A stretch of DNA of 64,000 bases from Candidatus Bathyarchaeota archaeon (GCA_963767735.1 CAVYES010000006.1:548169-612168); one strand, 5' to 3'; shown: positions 28,791 through 39,249, counted from the stretch's first letter. A program made the numbers and translations. The notes: a model not told the origin generated them from the letters alone.

Positions 28791-31700
28791 TTGAAAAAAT
28801 TACAGATTCTGATAATCACTTTTCTAATTTCGTTATCAATCTTCGCATTTGCGAGTATGCAAGTCAAAGCTCAAACTACTGCTATTTCTTTGAGTCCGAC
28901 TAGCGGTTATGTTGGTTCTACGGTTACAGTTTCAGGCAGTGGTTTTGCCGTTAACTCGGCTTTTTCAGCCACTTTTGCTGGTTTACCCGTGACTTTGATT
29001 GGTACTACGACTACTGATGGGTCAGGCAATATTCCATCGGGTGTGACGTTTACTGTTCCTGCTTCTGCAGCTGGCAGCCAACCAGTCGTTGTCACTGATT
29101 CCAGCTCAAATTCTGGACCTGCAACATTCACGGTGACGCCTTCAATTTCTTTAAGTTCAAGTAGCGGTTCTGTTGGCGATTCGATTACGGTTTATGGAGC
29201 TGGTTTTGCAGGTACTTCGACTATAACCATAGCGTTTGATGGAGCGACTCAGACTACATCTCCCACCCAGGTAACCACTGACACATCCGGTTCATTCTCA
29301 GGTGTCACATTCACTGTTCCATTGTCAACTGTAGGTTCCCACACACTTTCTGCAACCGACGCCAGCAACAACACAGTTTCTGTCTTGTTCACGGTAAATC
29401 CGGGTTCTGCATCGGTTCCTGCTCCAACTTTAAGTCCATCAGGCTCCACTACTGTTGGGACTTCTGTGTTATTGTCGGTAACCATTTCAGGTGGAGGCGC
29501 TACTCCTACTGGGACTGCAACTTTCCAGGTAAATATTGGTGGCGGCGGCTGGACCACTACTGGTTCTACTGTGTCTTTGAACAGTGGTTATGCTTCGACG
29601 ACCTATACTCCTCAGACGGCTGGTAGTTACCAGTTCCAAGTGGTTTACAGTGGTGATAGTAACTATAATGGTGCTACAGGTGCTTCTTCTGCTTTGACGG
29701 TGAATCAGGCGACGGCGACGGTTGGTGCTCCAACGTTTAGTAGCCCAATTATGTTGGGTGCTTCTGCTACGGTTTCGGTGTCTGTTACTGGCCCAGCCGG
29801 AGTTACGGCTCCTGCGGGTAATGTGCAGTTTGAGGTTTCAATTAACGGAGGCAGCTATGCTAATATTGGTTCTTTGGCTGCGTTGTCGAGTGGTTCTGCT
29901 TCGATTTCGAATACTCCTCAGACCGCAACTTCTTATAACTTCAAGGTTGTGTATCAGGGCGACAGCAACTATGTTTCAGGCACAACTAGCAGTGCTTCTT
30001 CTGCTTTGACGGTGAATCAGGGTACGCCGACGGTACCTGCTCCGACTTTGGGTACTCCTACTTCTACTACTGCGGGTACTTCTGAGATGCTGTCTGTTAT
30101 GGTTTCCGGCGGGGGCGTTACTCCTATTGGGACCGCAACTTTCGAGGTAAATATTAATGGCGGTGGTTACAACGCTATTAGTTCTCCGGTGACCTTGACC
30201 AGTGGTTCGGCTTCTACTAGTTATACTCCTCAGACTTCTACCAGTTACCAGTTCCAAGTTTTCTACAGTGGTGATAATAACTATAATAGTGCGACGAGTT
30301 CTGTAGCATCTTTGACGGTTGCTCCTAGCGCTCTGGCGAGTTTTACTATTAGTGTTCCAAGTTCGGAGACTGCTGGTTCAAGTTTTGGCGTTAAGGTTAC
30401 GGCTTATGATGCTTACGGCAACGTGAAAACAAACTATGCGGGCTCGGTCTATTTCACTTCCTCGGATTCTGCTGCGGTTTTGCCTTTTACTTCTTCTAAT
30501 AAGTACACGTTTACTGCTGGTAGCGGGACTAACACGTTTTCTGGTTTTACGCTGAAGACTACTCCGTCTCAGACGATCACAGTTACTGATAGTTCAGCTG
30601 GAATTTCTGCGACCAGTAGCTCAATAACTGTTAGTCCTAGCGGTCTGGCTACTGTTAGTGTTTCTGGTCCGGCTTCGGTTACTGCTGGTGGAACTGCGAC
30701 TTTTACTGCTACTGGTTTTGATGCTGATGGTAATAGTTTGGGTGCTCAGACTGCTTCTTGGAGTATAACTAGCGGCGCTGGCGGTTCTTGGGTTCAGAGT
30801 ACTGGTACTTACACTTCAGCGATAGCTGGTTCTTGGACGGTTTGTGCTCTAGTTTCCGGCATCACCGGAACGGTTTCTTTAGCCGTGAATTCGGGTTCTG
30901 CTTCAAGCTTCGTGGTTTCTGGATTCCCAAATCCTACTGTGGCTGGTGCCTCTCACACCGTTACGGTGACGGCTTATGACGCCTTCGGAAACGTGGCTAC
31001 GGGTTATGCGGGAATAGTTGCGATTACTTCAAGTGATGATAAGGCGGTTTTGCCAGCGAATGCTGGTCTTATAGGTGGTGTTGGCTCTTTCAGTGTTACG
31101 TTAGAGACTGCTGGTTCGCAATCGATTACCGCCACCGATACAGTTACTAGCTCTGTTACTGGTTCTCAAACAGGCATAACTGTGAATGCTGGTTCTTTGG
31201 CTGTTGTGAGTGTTTCGGGTCCATCTTCGGTTACAGCGGGTGGAACAGCAACTTTCACCGCCACGGGTTATGATGCACAAGGTAATAGTCTTGGCGTTCA
31301 GACTGCTTTATGGAGCATAACTGCGGGTGCAGGGGGTTCATGGAACGGTAATGTTTACACTTCGCAGACGGCTGGGTCGTGGACGGTGCAGGCTTCTGTT
31401 TCAGGTGTGACTGGTTCTGCGTCTTTAACGGTGAATTCGGGTGTTGCTTCTCAATTGGTGGTTTCAAGCGGGGCTTCTCAGGTTGCTGGTACGCCGTTTA
31501 CTGTAACGGTCACGGCTGTGGATGCTTATGGAAATACAGCTACAGGTTATACTGGCACTGTTCATTTCAGTTCTTCGGATTCTGAGGTTGGTTTCAGTTT
31601 GCCAAGTAACTATGAGTTTCAATCGGGGGACCTTGGCACTCACACTTTTTTTGATGGCGTCATTTTGATAACGATTGGAACCCAGTCAGTTACGGCTACT

Positions 31701-33128
31701 GATACGGTGACCAGCTCAATTACTGGTTCCCAAACTGGAATAACAGTGAGTGTCGCTTCCGGTGTTCACTTTGTGGTTTCCGGCTTTCCCAGTTCTACCA
31801 CTGCTGGCGTCGCTTACAACTTTGCGGTAACTGCTAAAGACCCGTACGGTAACTTAGACACGAGTTATGCGGGTATAGTTGCGATTACTTCTAGTGACAG
31901 CAAAGCGGTTTTGCCTGCAAGTGCTAGTCTCACTAATGGCGTTGGCACTTTCACCGTTACTTTGGAGACTGCTGGTTCTCAGTCAATTACTGCTATCGCC
32001 ACATCAAATAGCTCGATTACTGGGTCAGAGACTGGCATAACGGTTACTCATACCGCTGCGGTAGCCAGTTTCGTGATTTCTCCAGCAGGTTCAGCCGTTA
32101 ATGCTGGTGCATCTTTGACTTATTCCGCTACGGCTTCTGATGTGTTTGGCAATACTTGGAATGCGACTTCTTTAACGACTTGGAGCATAAGCTCTGGCGC
32201 TGGGGGTTCATGGAGCAACAACCTTTACACAGCTGCTACCGCTGGTTCCTGGAAAGTCACCGGAACCTACGCTTCAACGGCTTACACTACTGGTTTGACG
32301 GTTAATCCGGCTGGTCTGGATCATTTTGTCTTTAATTCTGTTGCGAATCAGACTGCTGGTACTGCTTTCAGCATAACAGTGACTGCTGTTGACGCGTATG
32401 GCAACACCGTTACAGGCTACAGTGGCACGCCGACTTTGACTGTTTCAACTGGAACTATTACTCCGACTACTACCGACGCATTCTCGAGTGGTGTTTGGAC
32501 TGGCATGGTTACCGTGGCTGCCGCCAGTTTAGGCACTACTATTACGGCTACCCGTGGCATCTATTCCGGGGCGAGTAACTCGTTTACGGTGAATCCCACT
32601 ATTTCTGCTTCTGCCGGCGTTGGTGGCTCTATCAGCCCAGCTGGAAGTGTCATCGTTAACTATGGCGGCAATCAAATGTTCAATATAACGGCAAGTACTG
32701 GCTATTCCATAGCTGGTGTTTTGGTGAATGGAAGTTCAGTTGGCACAGTTAGCTCCTACACCTTCAGCAATGTCGAAGCTGCATACACCATCTCAGCAAC
32801 GTTTACACCAACCCCCGCTTCAACTCCCGCATCAACTCAAACTCCATCGAGCTCTCCATCACCAATGCCATCTGCCTCTCCGATCCCAACTTTGACGCCT
32901 ATAACTGCCACTCCTGTACCGACTTTGACGACTATAGCTAAAGGTTTATCTGATCCGACACCAACATCGTCGCATCCTCCAACTTCGTCGTCGTCAATGC
33001 TAACGGTAGAGCCAATATTTGGACTTGTGCTCGTCGCCGTTACAACTTCAGCAGGAATAATTATAATCTTTACAGTACTGACGGTCGTACGTTTAAGACG
33101 AAAACCCTATGAAACGCAAGAAACATGA
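28791..33128 (+). CDS. large Ser/Thr-rich surface protein with tandem Ig-like domains and C-terminal TM anchor
   Basis: Signal peptide, YSGDSNY and VTA.DAYGN repeats, Pro/Thr linker, TM plus basic tail. Confidence 0.88.
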   Translation: MKKLQILIITFLISLSIFAFASMQVKAQTTAISLSPTSGYVGSTVTVSGSGFAVNSAFSATFAGLPVTLIGTTTTDGSGNIPSGVTFTVPASAAGSQPVVVTDSSSNSGPATFTVTPSISLSSSSGSVGDSITVYGAGFAGTSTITIAFDGATQTTSPTQVTTDTSGSFSGVTFTVPLSTVGSHTLSATDASNNTVSVLFTVNPGSASVPAPTLSPSGSTTVGTSVLLSVTISGGGATPTGTATFQVNIGGGGWTTTGSTVSLNSGYASTTYTPQTAGSYQFQVVYSGDSNYNGATGASSALTVNQATATVGAPTFSSPIMLGASATVSVSVTGPAGVTAPAGNVQFEVSINGGSYANIGSLAALSSGSASISNTPQTATSYNFKVVYQGDSNYVSGTTSSASSALTVNQGTPTVPAPTLGTPTSTTAGTSEMLSVMVSGGGVTPIGTATFEVNINGGGYNAISSPVTLTSGSASTSYTPQTSTSYQFQVFYSGDNNYNSATSSVASLTVAPSALASFTISVPSSETAGSSFGVKVTAYDAYGNVKTNYAGSVYFTSSDSAAVLPFTSSNKYTFTAGSGTNTFSGFTLKTTPSQTITVTDSSAGISATSSSITVSPSGLATVSVSGPASVTAGGTATFTATGFDADGNSLGAQTASWSITSGAGGSWVQSTGTYTSAIAGSWTVCALVSGITGTVSLAVNSGSASSFVVSGFPNPTVAGASHTVTVTAYDAFGNVATGYAGIVAITSSDDKAVLPANAGLIGGVGSFSVTLETAGSQSITATDTVTSSVTGSQTGITVNAGSLAVVSVSGPSSVTAGGTATFTATGYDAQGNSLGVQTALWSITAGAGGSWNGNVYTSQTAGSWTVQASVSGVTGSASLTVNSGVASQLVVSSGASQVAGTPFTVTVTAVDAYGNTATGYTGTVHFSSSDSEVGFSLPSNYEFQSGDLGTHTFFDGVILITIGTQSVTATDTVTSSITGSQTGITVSVASGVHFVVSGFPSSTTAGVAYNFAVTAKDPYGNLDTSYAGIVAITSSDSKAVLPASASLTNGVGTFTVTLETAGSQSITAIATSNSSITGSETGITVTHTAAVASFVISPAGSAVNAGASLTYSATASDVFGNTWNATSLTTWSISSGAGGSWSNNLYTAATAGSWKVTGTYASTAYTTGLTVNPAGLDHFVFNSVANQTAGTAFSITVTAVDAYGNTVTGYSGTPTLTVSTGTITPTTTDAFSSGVWTGMVTVAAASLGTTITATRGIYSGASNSFTVNPTISASAGVGGSISPAGSVIVNYGGNQMFNITASTGYSIAGVLVNGSSVGTVSSYTFSNVEAAYTISATFTPTPASTPASTQTPSSSPSPMPSASPIPTLTPITATPVPTLTTIAKGLSDPTPTSSHPPTSSSSMLTVEPIFGLVLVAVTTSAGIIIIFTVLTVVRLRRKPYETQET

Positions 33129-33145
33129 AATGTTCAAGAATGAAC

Positions 33146-33436
33146 CTAAGTTTTTATTTGTGCATATTTCTTTTTGATTTCTTCAATTTCCTTTTGTTTG
33201 CTGCGCATTTTGATGTAAAAAAGTATTGTAAAACTAAAACCGAGAATGATGCTTATAGCCAAGCCTAAAAGACTCTCCTTCTGAAATGATGAAGTTGTAT
33301 TAATCGACAGTATTAGAAAACTGATTACTAAAAGACCAAAAAAAGCTGCTGCGCTAACAGTTAAAATCCGGTAAACTTTGGCGTCTGTTTGAAGCTTTGC
33401 AAGCTCAATCTGTAATTCTTTATCTTTATTATTCAA
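33146..33436 (-). CDS. small two-TM membrane protein
   Basis: Two hydrophobic segments. Confidence 0.55.
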   Translation of the reverse strand: MNNKDKELQIELAKLQTDAKVYRILTVSAAAFFGLLVISFLILSINTTSSFQKESLLGLAISIILGFSFTILFYIKMRSKQKEIEEIKKKYAQIKT

Positions 33437-33762
33437 ATTTACATCAAACTGATAAGTTGCGCTTTAGAATTTAAGCATACAGAAGCTTATTCCATTTAAC
33501 GTATGGAGTTCACAAAGAAAAGCCACGTGCAAGAAATAGATGAAAGATTTAGGATTTGTTTTTTTTGAATCCTCAGGATAGGCTGTTCGAATATCTGCTT
33601 TAGGAAATTATCCATTTTTGTAAAATTGTTTTCGAGAGAGAACAGATGTGCATTTTCAATGGCGTTTTCCCGATAATAGTTGCATTTGACATCCTCTATA
33701 TTCAGAAGGGCGTTAGAGTTATAACAACCGATAAACTTACTGAGGTGCTGGACGGGAAATCA

Positions 33763-33870
33763 GGGCGAGTAAAGAGGGCCTAGAACAGACTCTTTCTCGA
33801 TGCTCAGTACGGATAGAGCACCAGCCTCCTAAGTTGGGGGTCGAGGGTTCAAATCCCTCCCCGCCCGCCA
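33763..33870 (+). tRNA. tRNA-Arg(CCT) with putative 30-nt intron at 9/10 (33772-33801)
   Basis: Exon 1 GGGCGAGTA; exon 2 GCTCAGTACGGATAGAGC-A-CCAGC-CTCCTAA-GTTGG...GGTTCAAATCC...CCCGCCCGCCA; BHB/BHL-like fold at the junctions. Confidence 0.8.
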
Positions 33871-33874
33871 CTAC

Positions 33875-34762
33875 TTGAACCCACTACCGTTTGAATTAAA
33901 AGGAATTAATATTGAAGAGTTTCAAAAGTTCCTTTTATTACATGTAAGAGAAGTTACAGCCCACTCATATTGCAAACGTTTGAAGGTCTTAATGAAGCTT
34001 GGAGATATCAATAATCCAGATAGAATTAAGACGCTAATTTGTACCTATAATGTGTCTGAAACAAGGAAAGAATTGCTGACCAATGCCTATGATTATTATG
34101 TTCAGTTCAAAGGCTTGACATGGATTAAGCCTAGATTTACCAGAGATGACGTTCCCATATTCTTACCACTTGAAGGCGAACTAGACGCATTAATAGCCAA
34201 CACTAGAACCAAGATGTCAACTTATCTCCAACTCCTTAAAGAAACTGGTGCAGATGCAGGTGAAGCTTGGAAGTTACGATGGATTGATATCAATATAACC
34301 AGCAGAACCGTAGCGATTTCACCGACCAAAAACCATAATGCAAGAACGTTACCCATTAGTGAAAATTTACTTTCAAGGTTGCTAAGGTTGCCTAGAGAAA
34401 ACTCATTAGTATTTGCTGGAAAAAACTTAGATAAATTCAGATGGTTATATGAAACTGCCCGAAACAAGTTAGCAATAAAACTTGACAATCCTCGAATCCA
34501 CGAAATAATGTTTAAGACATTCAGACATTGGAAAGCAACCCATGAATATTATCGAACAAAGGATATTCTGCATGTAAAATATATTCTTGGTCACAAGCGA
34601 ATCGAAAACACGTTAATTTATACCCACCTAGTCTATTTTGAGAGTGACGAATTCGTATGCAAGGTTGCCAAAACAGTAGAGGAAGCTACAGCATTAGTTG
34701 AAGCTGGTTATGAATTTGTCACTTCGATGGATGGTAATAAGCTATTCAAAAAGAGGAAGTAA
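33875..34762 (+). CDS. int: tyrosine recombinase, C-terminal fragment Int(C)
   Basis: ETGADAGEA, KTFRHWKAT, ILGHKRIENTLIYTHL. Confidence 0.9.
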   Translation: MNPLPFELKGINIEEFQKFLLLHVREVTAHSYCKRLKVLMKLGDINNPDRIKTLICTYNVSETRKELLTNAYDYYVQFKGLTWIKPRFTRDDVPIFLPLEGELDALIANTRTKMSTYLQLLKETGADAGEAWKLRWIDINITSRTVAISPTKNHNARTLPISENLLSRLLRLPRENSLVFAGKNLDKFRWLYETARNKLAIKLDNPRIHEIMFKTFRHWKATHEYYRTKDILHVKYILGHKRIENTLIYTHLVYFESDEFVCKVAKTVEEATALVEAGYEFVTSMDGNKLFKKRK

Positions 34763-34767
34763 ACCAT

Positions 34768-35021
34768 ATGATTGACTTTCTAGCCTTCATTATGGGCTTT
34801 TTTCTCATATGCCTTTTAGTTCTTATCATACTGGTTGGCTATCTTTTCTTTATAGGCTATTTAACGCTAAACCTTCTGAAAAAACCTATACTTATGTTGC
34901 TAAAGAAAGCGATAGAGAAATTGAAGAAAATTCAATTGAGGATAGTCAAGGCGATGGGTTAGTTCTATTCGATGACCCGCTATTCCCTGAAGAATTCGAT
35001 GAAGATGAAGACGAAGAATAA
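34768..35021 (+). CDS. membrane-anchored protein with acidic tail (probably one frameshifted gene)
   Basis: TM N-terminus in 34768 frame; acidic C-terminus in 34809 frame. Confidence 0.45.
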
Positions 35022-35692
35022 CTAACTTACCTTTTCCTTTGACTGAGGGTATATAGGGGTATAGTAAATAGAAAATAGGTAGTAGATATGAGGGTAGGTA
35101 TACCCAAGCTCATGAAAAGGTCAATAAGCGCAGACAGGGTATACACAACTACAGGAAAAGGTTAACCAAGAACAGACAACAAATAGACGAAAATGCCCAG
35201 CGGAACATGAATGTTCTTTCCAGCATTCAAAACCTATCCTTTAATCATGCTTATGGGGACTATCCGACAAGCGTTTTGGCTAAGGTGCAGAAGGGCACGG
35301 GAGTCCTGTGGGATTTGGTAAGAAGACTTTGGCGCATAGTACATAAGTCGATTTTTAGGAAAATTTGATTTTCCACTTTCAATTTCTTTCCAAGAGTCTT
35401 CAGCATGGTTTTAATGGGTTAATCTACTGGTTAAAGAATCAGTTATGGCATGGTTGACTTGGCAAGAGCTTAATCTGTACTCAGCAAAAGGGTCTTTTTC
35501 CAGAAAACTTGTCGTCTAAAGGAAATCGGGGTATGGCTCAGAAAATCGATGGCAGTATCTTTTTTTGTTTATTAAAGGCGAACATCCCTGTGGCTTTTTT
35601 GGTGCTTGCCTATATGTTCTCCCTACGCTTGCTTGAGCCTTATGCTGAGCAATCCATTACTCATGGACAAAAAGAGGAGTGGGTATATACCC

Positions 35693-37248
35693 TCATTGGA
35701 AAAGATAGGCGGAAGTTGATTGTGTCTTGTCAATGATTGGTGTTTGATTAAGTGGTTTTTCTGCTTCTTCCTTAGTTGATAGTTTAGATTCTTTGGTTTC
35801 TTTGTAAGTTATGGGATAATACTTTATTACCACTCCTTCTTTCTCTTCTTTGAGAAGTCCAGCGCAACAGAAATTCTTGAGCATTCCCCGCAAACGTTTG
35901 TCTGAACATCGTCTTTTCTTGTGATAGTAATATAAATTGTGGATTTCCGTTATTCTCAATCCCATATCAACATTGCATTCAGGCTCTAGCATCTTCCAAA
36001 CTTCAAATTCTTCTGGTGTCAAGCCTAAGCCATTGCACTTGAGTATTGGTTCGTAAATCTGCTTAGCCATTTCAATGTCTGTATAGTTAGCATAGATGCA
36101 GGCGTTATCAGGTGTACGTTCTCTGTGGTTAAAGTTTAGCATTGCCCATGCTTCTGCAAGTGCATAGAGTCTTGGGAAATCTCTTTGTGCTTTTGGTGCA
36201 AGGTTGTCAATGTTTGCCAAGAACCAGTCTTTCAGGTTTTCAATATCTGAAGCTTTGAATAATACTTTTCTAATCTTCGCTTGCTTAATCAGCTTTACAC
36301 GGTTCTTTAATCCGAATCGCGAAGGCTCTGTTTCGTACCAAACTTTGAAATCAGGGTTAATCATTTTTCTTGCTTGCAATTCAATCGCTTTTCCTATTTT
36401 CTCTGGATTGTCATTTGGACTCAACAAGTAGTTTCTGCTCGTTTCTTGCTCATCCATTTCTCCATACGCAGAACCAAAAAGAGCTGTGAAATATCCTTTA
36501 ATCAATACCTTTTTTGTCCTATGGCTTCCGCTGGTTGACTTGTCTGTTATAAGGTGGGTGCTGATTATGTTGTCATGGCTTAGCAGACTTCTGAGGCTTT
36601 GCAGTAATTCATAGTTTTTTAGGTCGTAGAATACCACTATCTTGTTTGACAAGTCTAAGAAGTATGCTGTATGTCTCTTCAAGTCGTTCCATTCTTCCCA
36701 CATTTCTTTTGCGTCTCCTTTCTTTGGAGCTTTTGAAATATCTATGGGTTGCAATGTGCGGTCATCTACAAGAATTGCATTTGGACTGTGGATTAATGCT
36801 CGGGCAGTTGCATCACTTATTTCAACTATGGTTTCTGAGTGTTCTTCACGGAAGTACCATAAGCATTCTTTCATGTTGTATGTTTTGCCTAATGATGATT
36901 CGCCAGTTAAGACAACGTTTCTTTGCTCTTCCTCTGTGAACGTTAGTAGGTTAACCAAGAACAATGGGATTTTCACATTCTTGTCGTCAAATACTGTGGT
37001 TGATAGCACTACATCTAAGTCTTGCAATGTTAGTTCATCGTTGGTGAATTTATCAAGTATTGGTTGCTTTTCTTGTTTTACTTCTTGGGGTTGAGTATCT
37101 TGATTGGAACCGATTTCAATGTTCTCACAGCTTGCAGGAATTACTATCTCTTGTTTGCTTTTACTATCTTGAGGAGTATTTCGGAAAGAACTTGGTTACC
37201 TATTGACTCCCCATTTTTAGATTCATTTAATATTTTTGTGGTTTCCAT
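35693..37248 (-). CDS. MCM-like AAA+ ATPase, putative replication helicase; frameshift near 37185
   Basis: Walker A GESSLGKT, VVFYD, EQETSR, RDFPRL, winged-helix-like end; frame open upstream of 37027. Confidence 0.65.
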
Positions 37249-37330
37249 ACATATCATCGTATAACTATATATGGCGTGGAAACAATAATACTGCACAGTT
37301 TTTGCGATTAACGCAACAGAGGTTTAGGAT

Positions 37331-38035
37331 GTGTCAGAACCAATCTGCCTGATAAGTGAAGAAGACCTAATAAAATATATCAGGGCTTTCAAAGAGAAGC
37401 ATGGAATATCTAACACAGACATTGGCGAAATATTAGGCATCCTTAATCATCCTCTTGACCGCTCTATAGTTTCTAAAATGCTCAAAGATGATTTTGATGA
37501 AGAGGGCAACAAGTCAATCAGACCTATATCCTACACAGAAGCCTATTCAATAATCAAGTTTTTACTTGAAAGAACATCACCCTTTCCAGATGAAAGCATA
37601 GAAACGATTTACACCCCTTCAAATCGAGTTGAAGATGAAGGAACGATATCTTCGGAAGACACAATCGAAACAGCGGCTAAAATAATGTTTGAGAAAGATT
37701 TCTCCCAGCTTCTGGTTAAAGATTCAACAACAAAAGAGTATATAGGGATTGTAACAGACTATACCGTTTTTAAAGAAATGCTATTCCCTTTTGAAGTTTC
37801 AAGTGATTGGTTAAAGACGCTAAAGAACAAAAAGGTTGGTTTATTGGTTGATAGACCACCAAGATTTCCTAAAAATGCCAAATTTATTGAAGTAGCTCAA
37901 GGATTAATGCATCACTATTCAGTAATGGTACAAGAAGATAAAGGGGAAATTGGAATAATAACAAGGTGGGATTTCCTCAAGTTGATTAAGAAAAAAAACT
38001 ATCGCATAGAGCCTTTTGAAGACTATAATATTTGA
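37331..38035 (+). CDS. HTH plus CBS-pair transcription regulator
   Basis: GISNTDIGEIL...RSIVSKM; FSQLLV, IGIVTD, GIITRWD. Confidence 0.8.
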   Translation: MSEPICLISEEDLIKYIRAFKEKHGISNTDIGEILGILNHPLDRSIVSKMLKDDFDEEGNKSIRPISYTEAYSIIKFLLERTSPFPDESIETIYTPSNRVEDEGTISSEDTIETAAKIMFEKDFSQLLVKDSTTKEYIGIVTDYTVFKEMLFPFEVSSDWLKTLKNKKVGLLVDRPPRFPKNAKFIEVAQGLMHHYSVMVQEDKGEIGIITRWDFLKLIKKKNYRIEPFEDYNI

Positions 38036-38345
38036 GCTGAATTGAGGATTGGTAAATAATTATACACCTTTTCACGACCATGTGTATACAGTCCCCTGCC
38101 TTTAACATAATTTGTTAATTCTAATAGCCACAGGTAGGGCGTCTTTACATTTTGTTGGCATTTGATGTGGATGTTGGCACTATATAATTTGAGACCTCAA
38201 CTCAAGATTAATTTCATTTGTGGTAGTTTTTGAAACTGCTAATATGGTGTGGCTGTTTAGGCTTTAGGGCTTATATTCAGTTAAGACGTAGGTCAAGAAA
38301 TTTAACTAAAGGGAAATCAAGAACCTTTTACTGAAAGCTTACTTG

Positions 38346-38873
38346 CTATTTCTTTGAAAGAGCCTCCAAGGTGTTCCATAAGCGTTTGATAGCCTTCATA
38401 CCCTGCCACCTACTAATTGGGTCATACCACCATGCGAACTCCTCCCATGGGGTTTCGCTGAATTCGGTTTCAGGAATATAAGCTCGGGGATCGTACCCCA
38501 CATACCATGAAGGGATAAGTATTATCCAACCTTCTGTTTTTGCGATAACACCGCCTATGACAGGTTCAAACGTTACTTCAAAACATTTTGCGGATGCAAA
38601 AAGTCTTTTCGATTGACCAAACACATACTCTGTCATATTGATTAAAATCTTGACGTTGTTTTCTTTAAACCACTCAACAACAGCTTCTTTTGATTCTTCA
38701 ATTCCAACACCTTTGATGAAAACGTCTTTTGTTGTCCTAGTCAAACAGCCAATCGCCCATGGTTTGAATATTAACTTCTTTTTTCTATTAGAGCTTATAG
38801 GTACAACTAAAAAGTAAGTTTTTAGGTAGATAGTGATTAAGAAATAAATTCTAACATAAGCATGTTCAAACAT
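38346..38873 (-). CDS. hypothetical protein (true start probably downstream)
   Basis: ORF only. Confidence 0.45.
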   Translation of the reverse strand: MFEHAYVRIYFLITIYLKTYFLVVPISSNRKKKLIFKPWAIGCLTRTTKDVFIKGVGIEESKEAVVEWFKENNVKILINMTEYVFGQSKRLFASAKCFEVTFEPVIGGVIAKTEGWIILIPSWYVGYDPRAYIPETEFSETPWEEFAWWYDPISRWQGMKAIKRLWNTLEALSKK

Positions 38874-38877
38874 TCCT

Positions 38878-39066
38878 CTATGTAGACTTTGAAGAATCCA
38901 GCTTATTCATGACTTGAGTGACTAATTTATAATCTTCACTTATGATTGGATAGTTCCGCTTAACTCTAAGTTTTAGCATTCTAAAGGTTTCATCAGTTAT
39001 GGGTTCACCGTTTAAGAACTTGGTTAATAACACCCTTTCCCTATCCGAAAAGATGGCTTTTTGCAT
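38878..39066 (-). CDS. 62-aa putative DNA-binding/regulatory protein of the element
   Basis: Small and helical; divergent from Int(N) across twin palindromes. Confidence 0.6.
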   Translation of the reverse strand: MQKAIFSDRERVLLTKFLNGEPITDETFRMLKLRVKRNYPIISEDYKLVTQVMNKLDSSKST

Positions 39067-39068
39067 GG

Positions 39069-39134
39069 CGTATCACATCAAGATACGCTTATAAGTACCT
39101 ATTGCTTATTAACTATTGTATCACTTAGAGATAC
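39069..39134. promoter_or_regulatory. twin GTATC-N7-GATAC operators flanking divergent TATA-like boxes
   Basis: CGTATCACATCAAGATACG (39069-39087) and GTATCACTTAGAGATAC (39118-39134). Confidence 0.65.
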
Positions 39135-39147
39135 GGAGAAACAAAAT

Positions 39148-39249
39148 ATGGAAAACCAACCAACCCTAAGTAATAGCCTTTCTTTGGCAGGGATTTCTTT
39201 TGCGAAAGAAAGTCCTCAGGGTCGAGGGTTCAAATCCCTCCCCGCCCGC
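39148..39249 (+). CDS. integrase N-terminal fragment Int(N) reading into the att core
   Basis: GGAG SD, MENQPTL...SPQGRGFKSLPAR, in frame with Int(C) across the repeat. Confidence 0.75.

Larger units (their letters stand above)
33838..39249. mobile_element. ~5.4 kb integrated element in tRNA-Arg
   Basis: Perfect 31-bp direct repeat GGGTCGAGGGTTCAAATCCCTCCCCGCCCGC at 33838-33868 and 39219-39249; integrase adjacent. Confidence 0.92.

Noticed and set aside
29380-32420. Internal duplications in the 1445-aa gene
   Set aside because: Ordinary Ig-like domain repeats.
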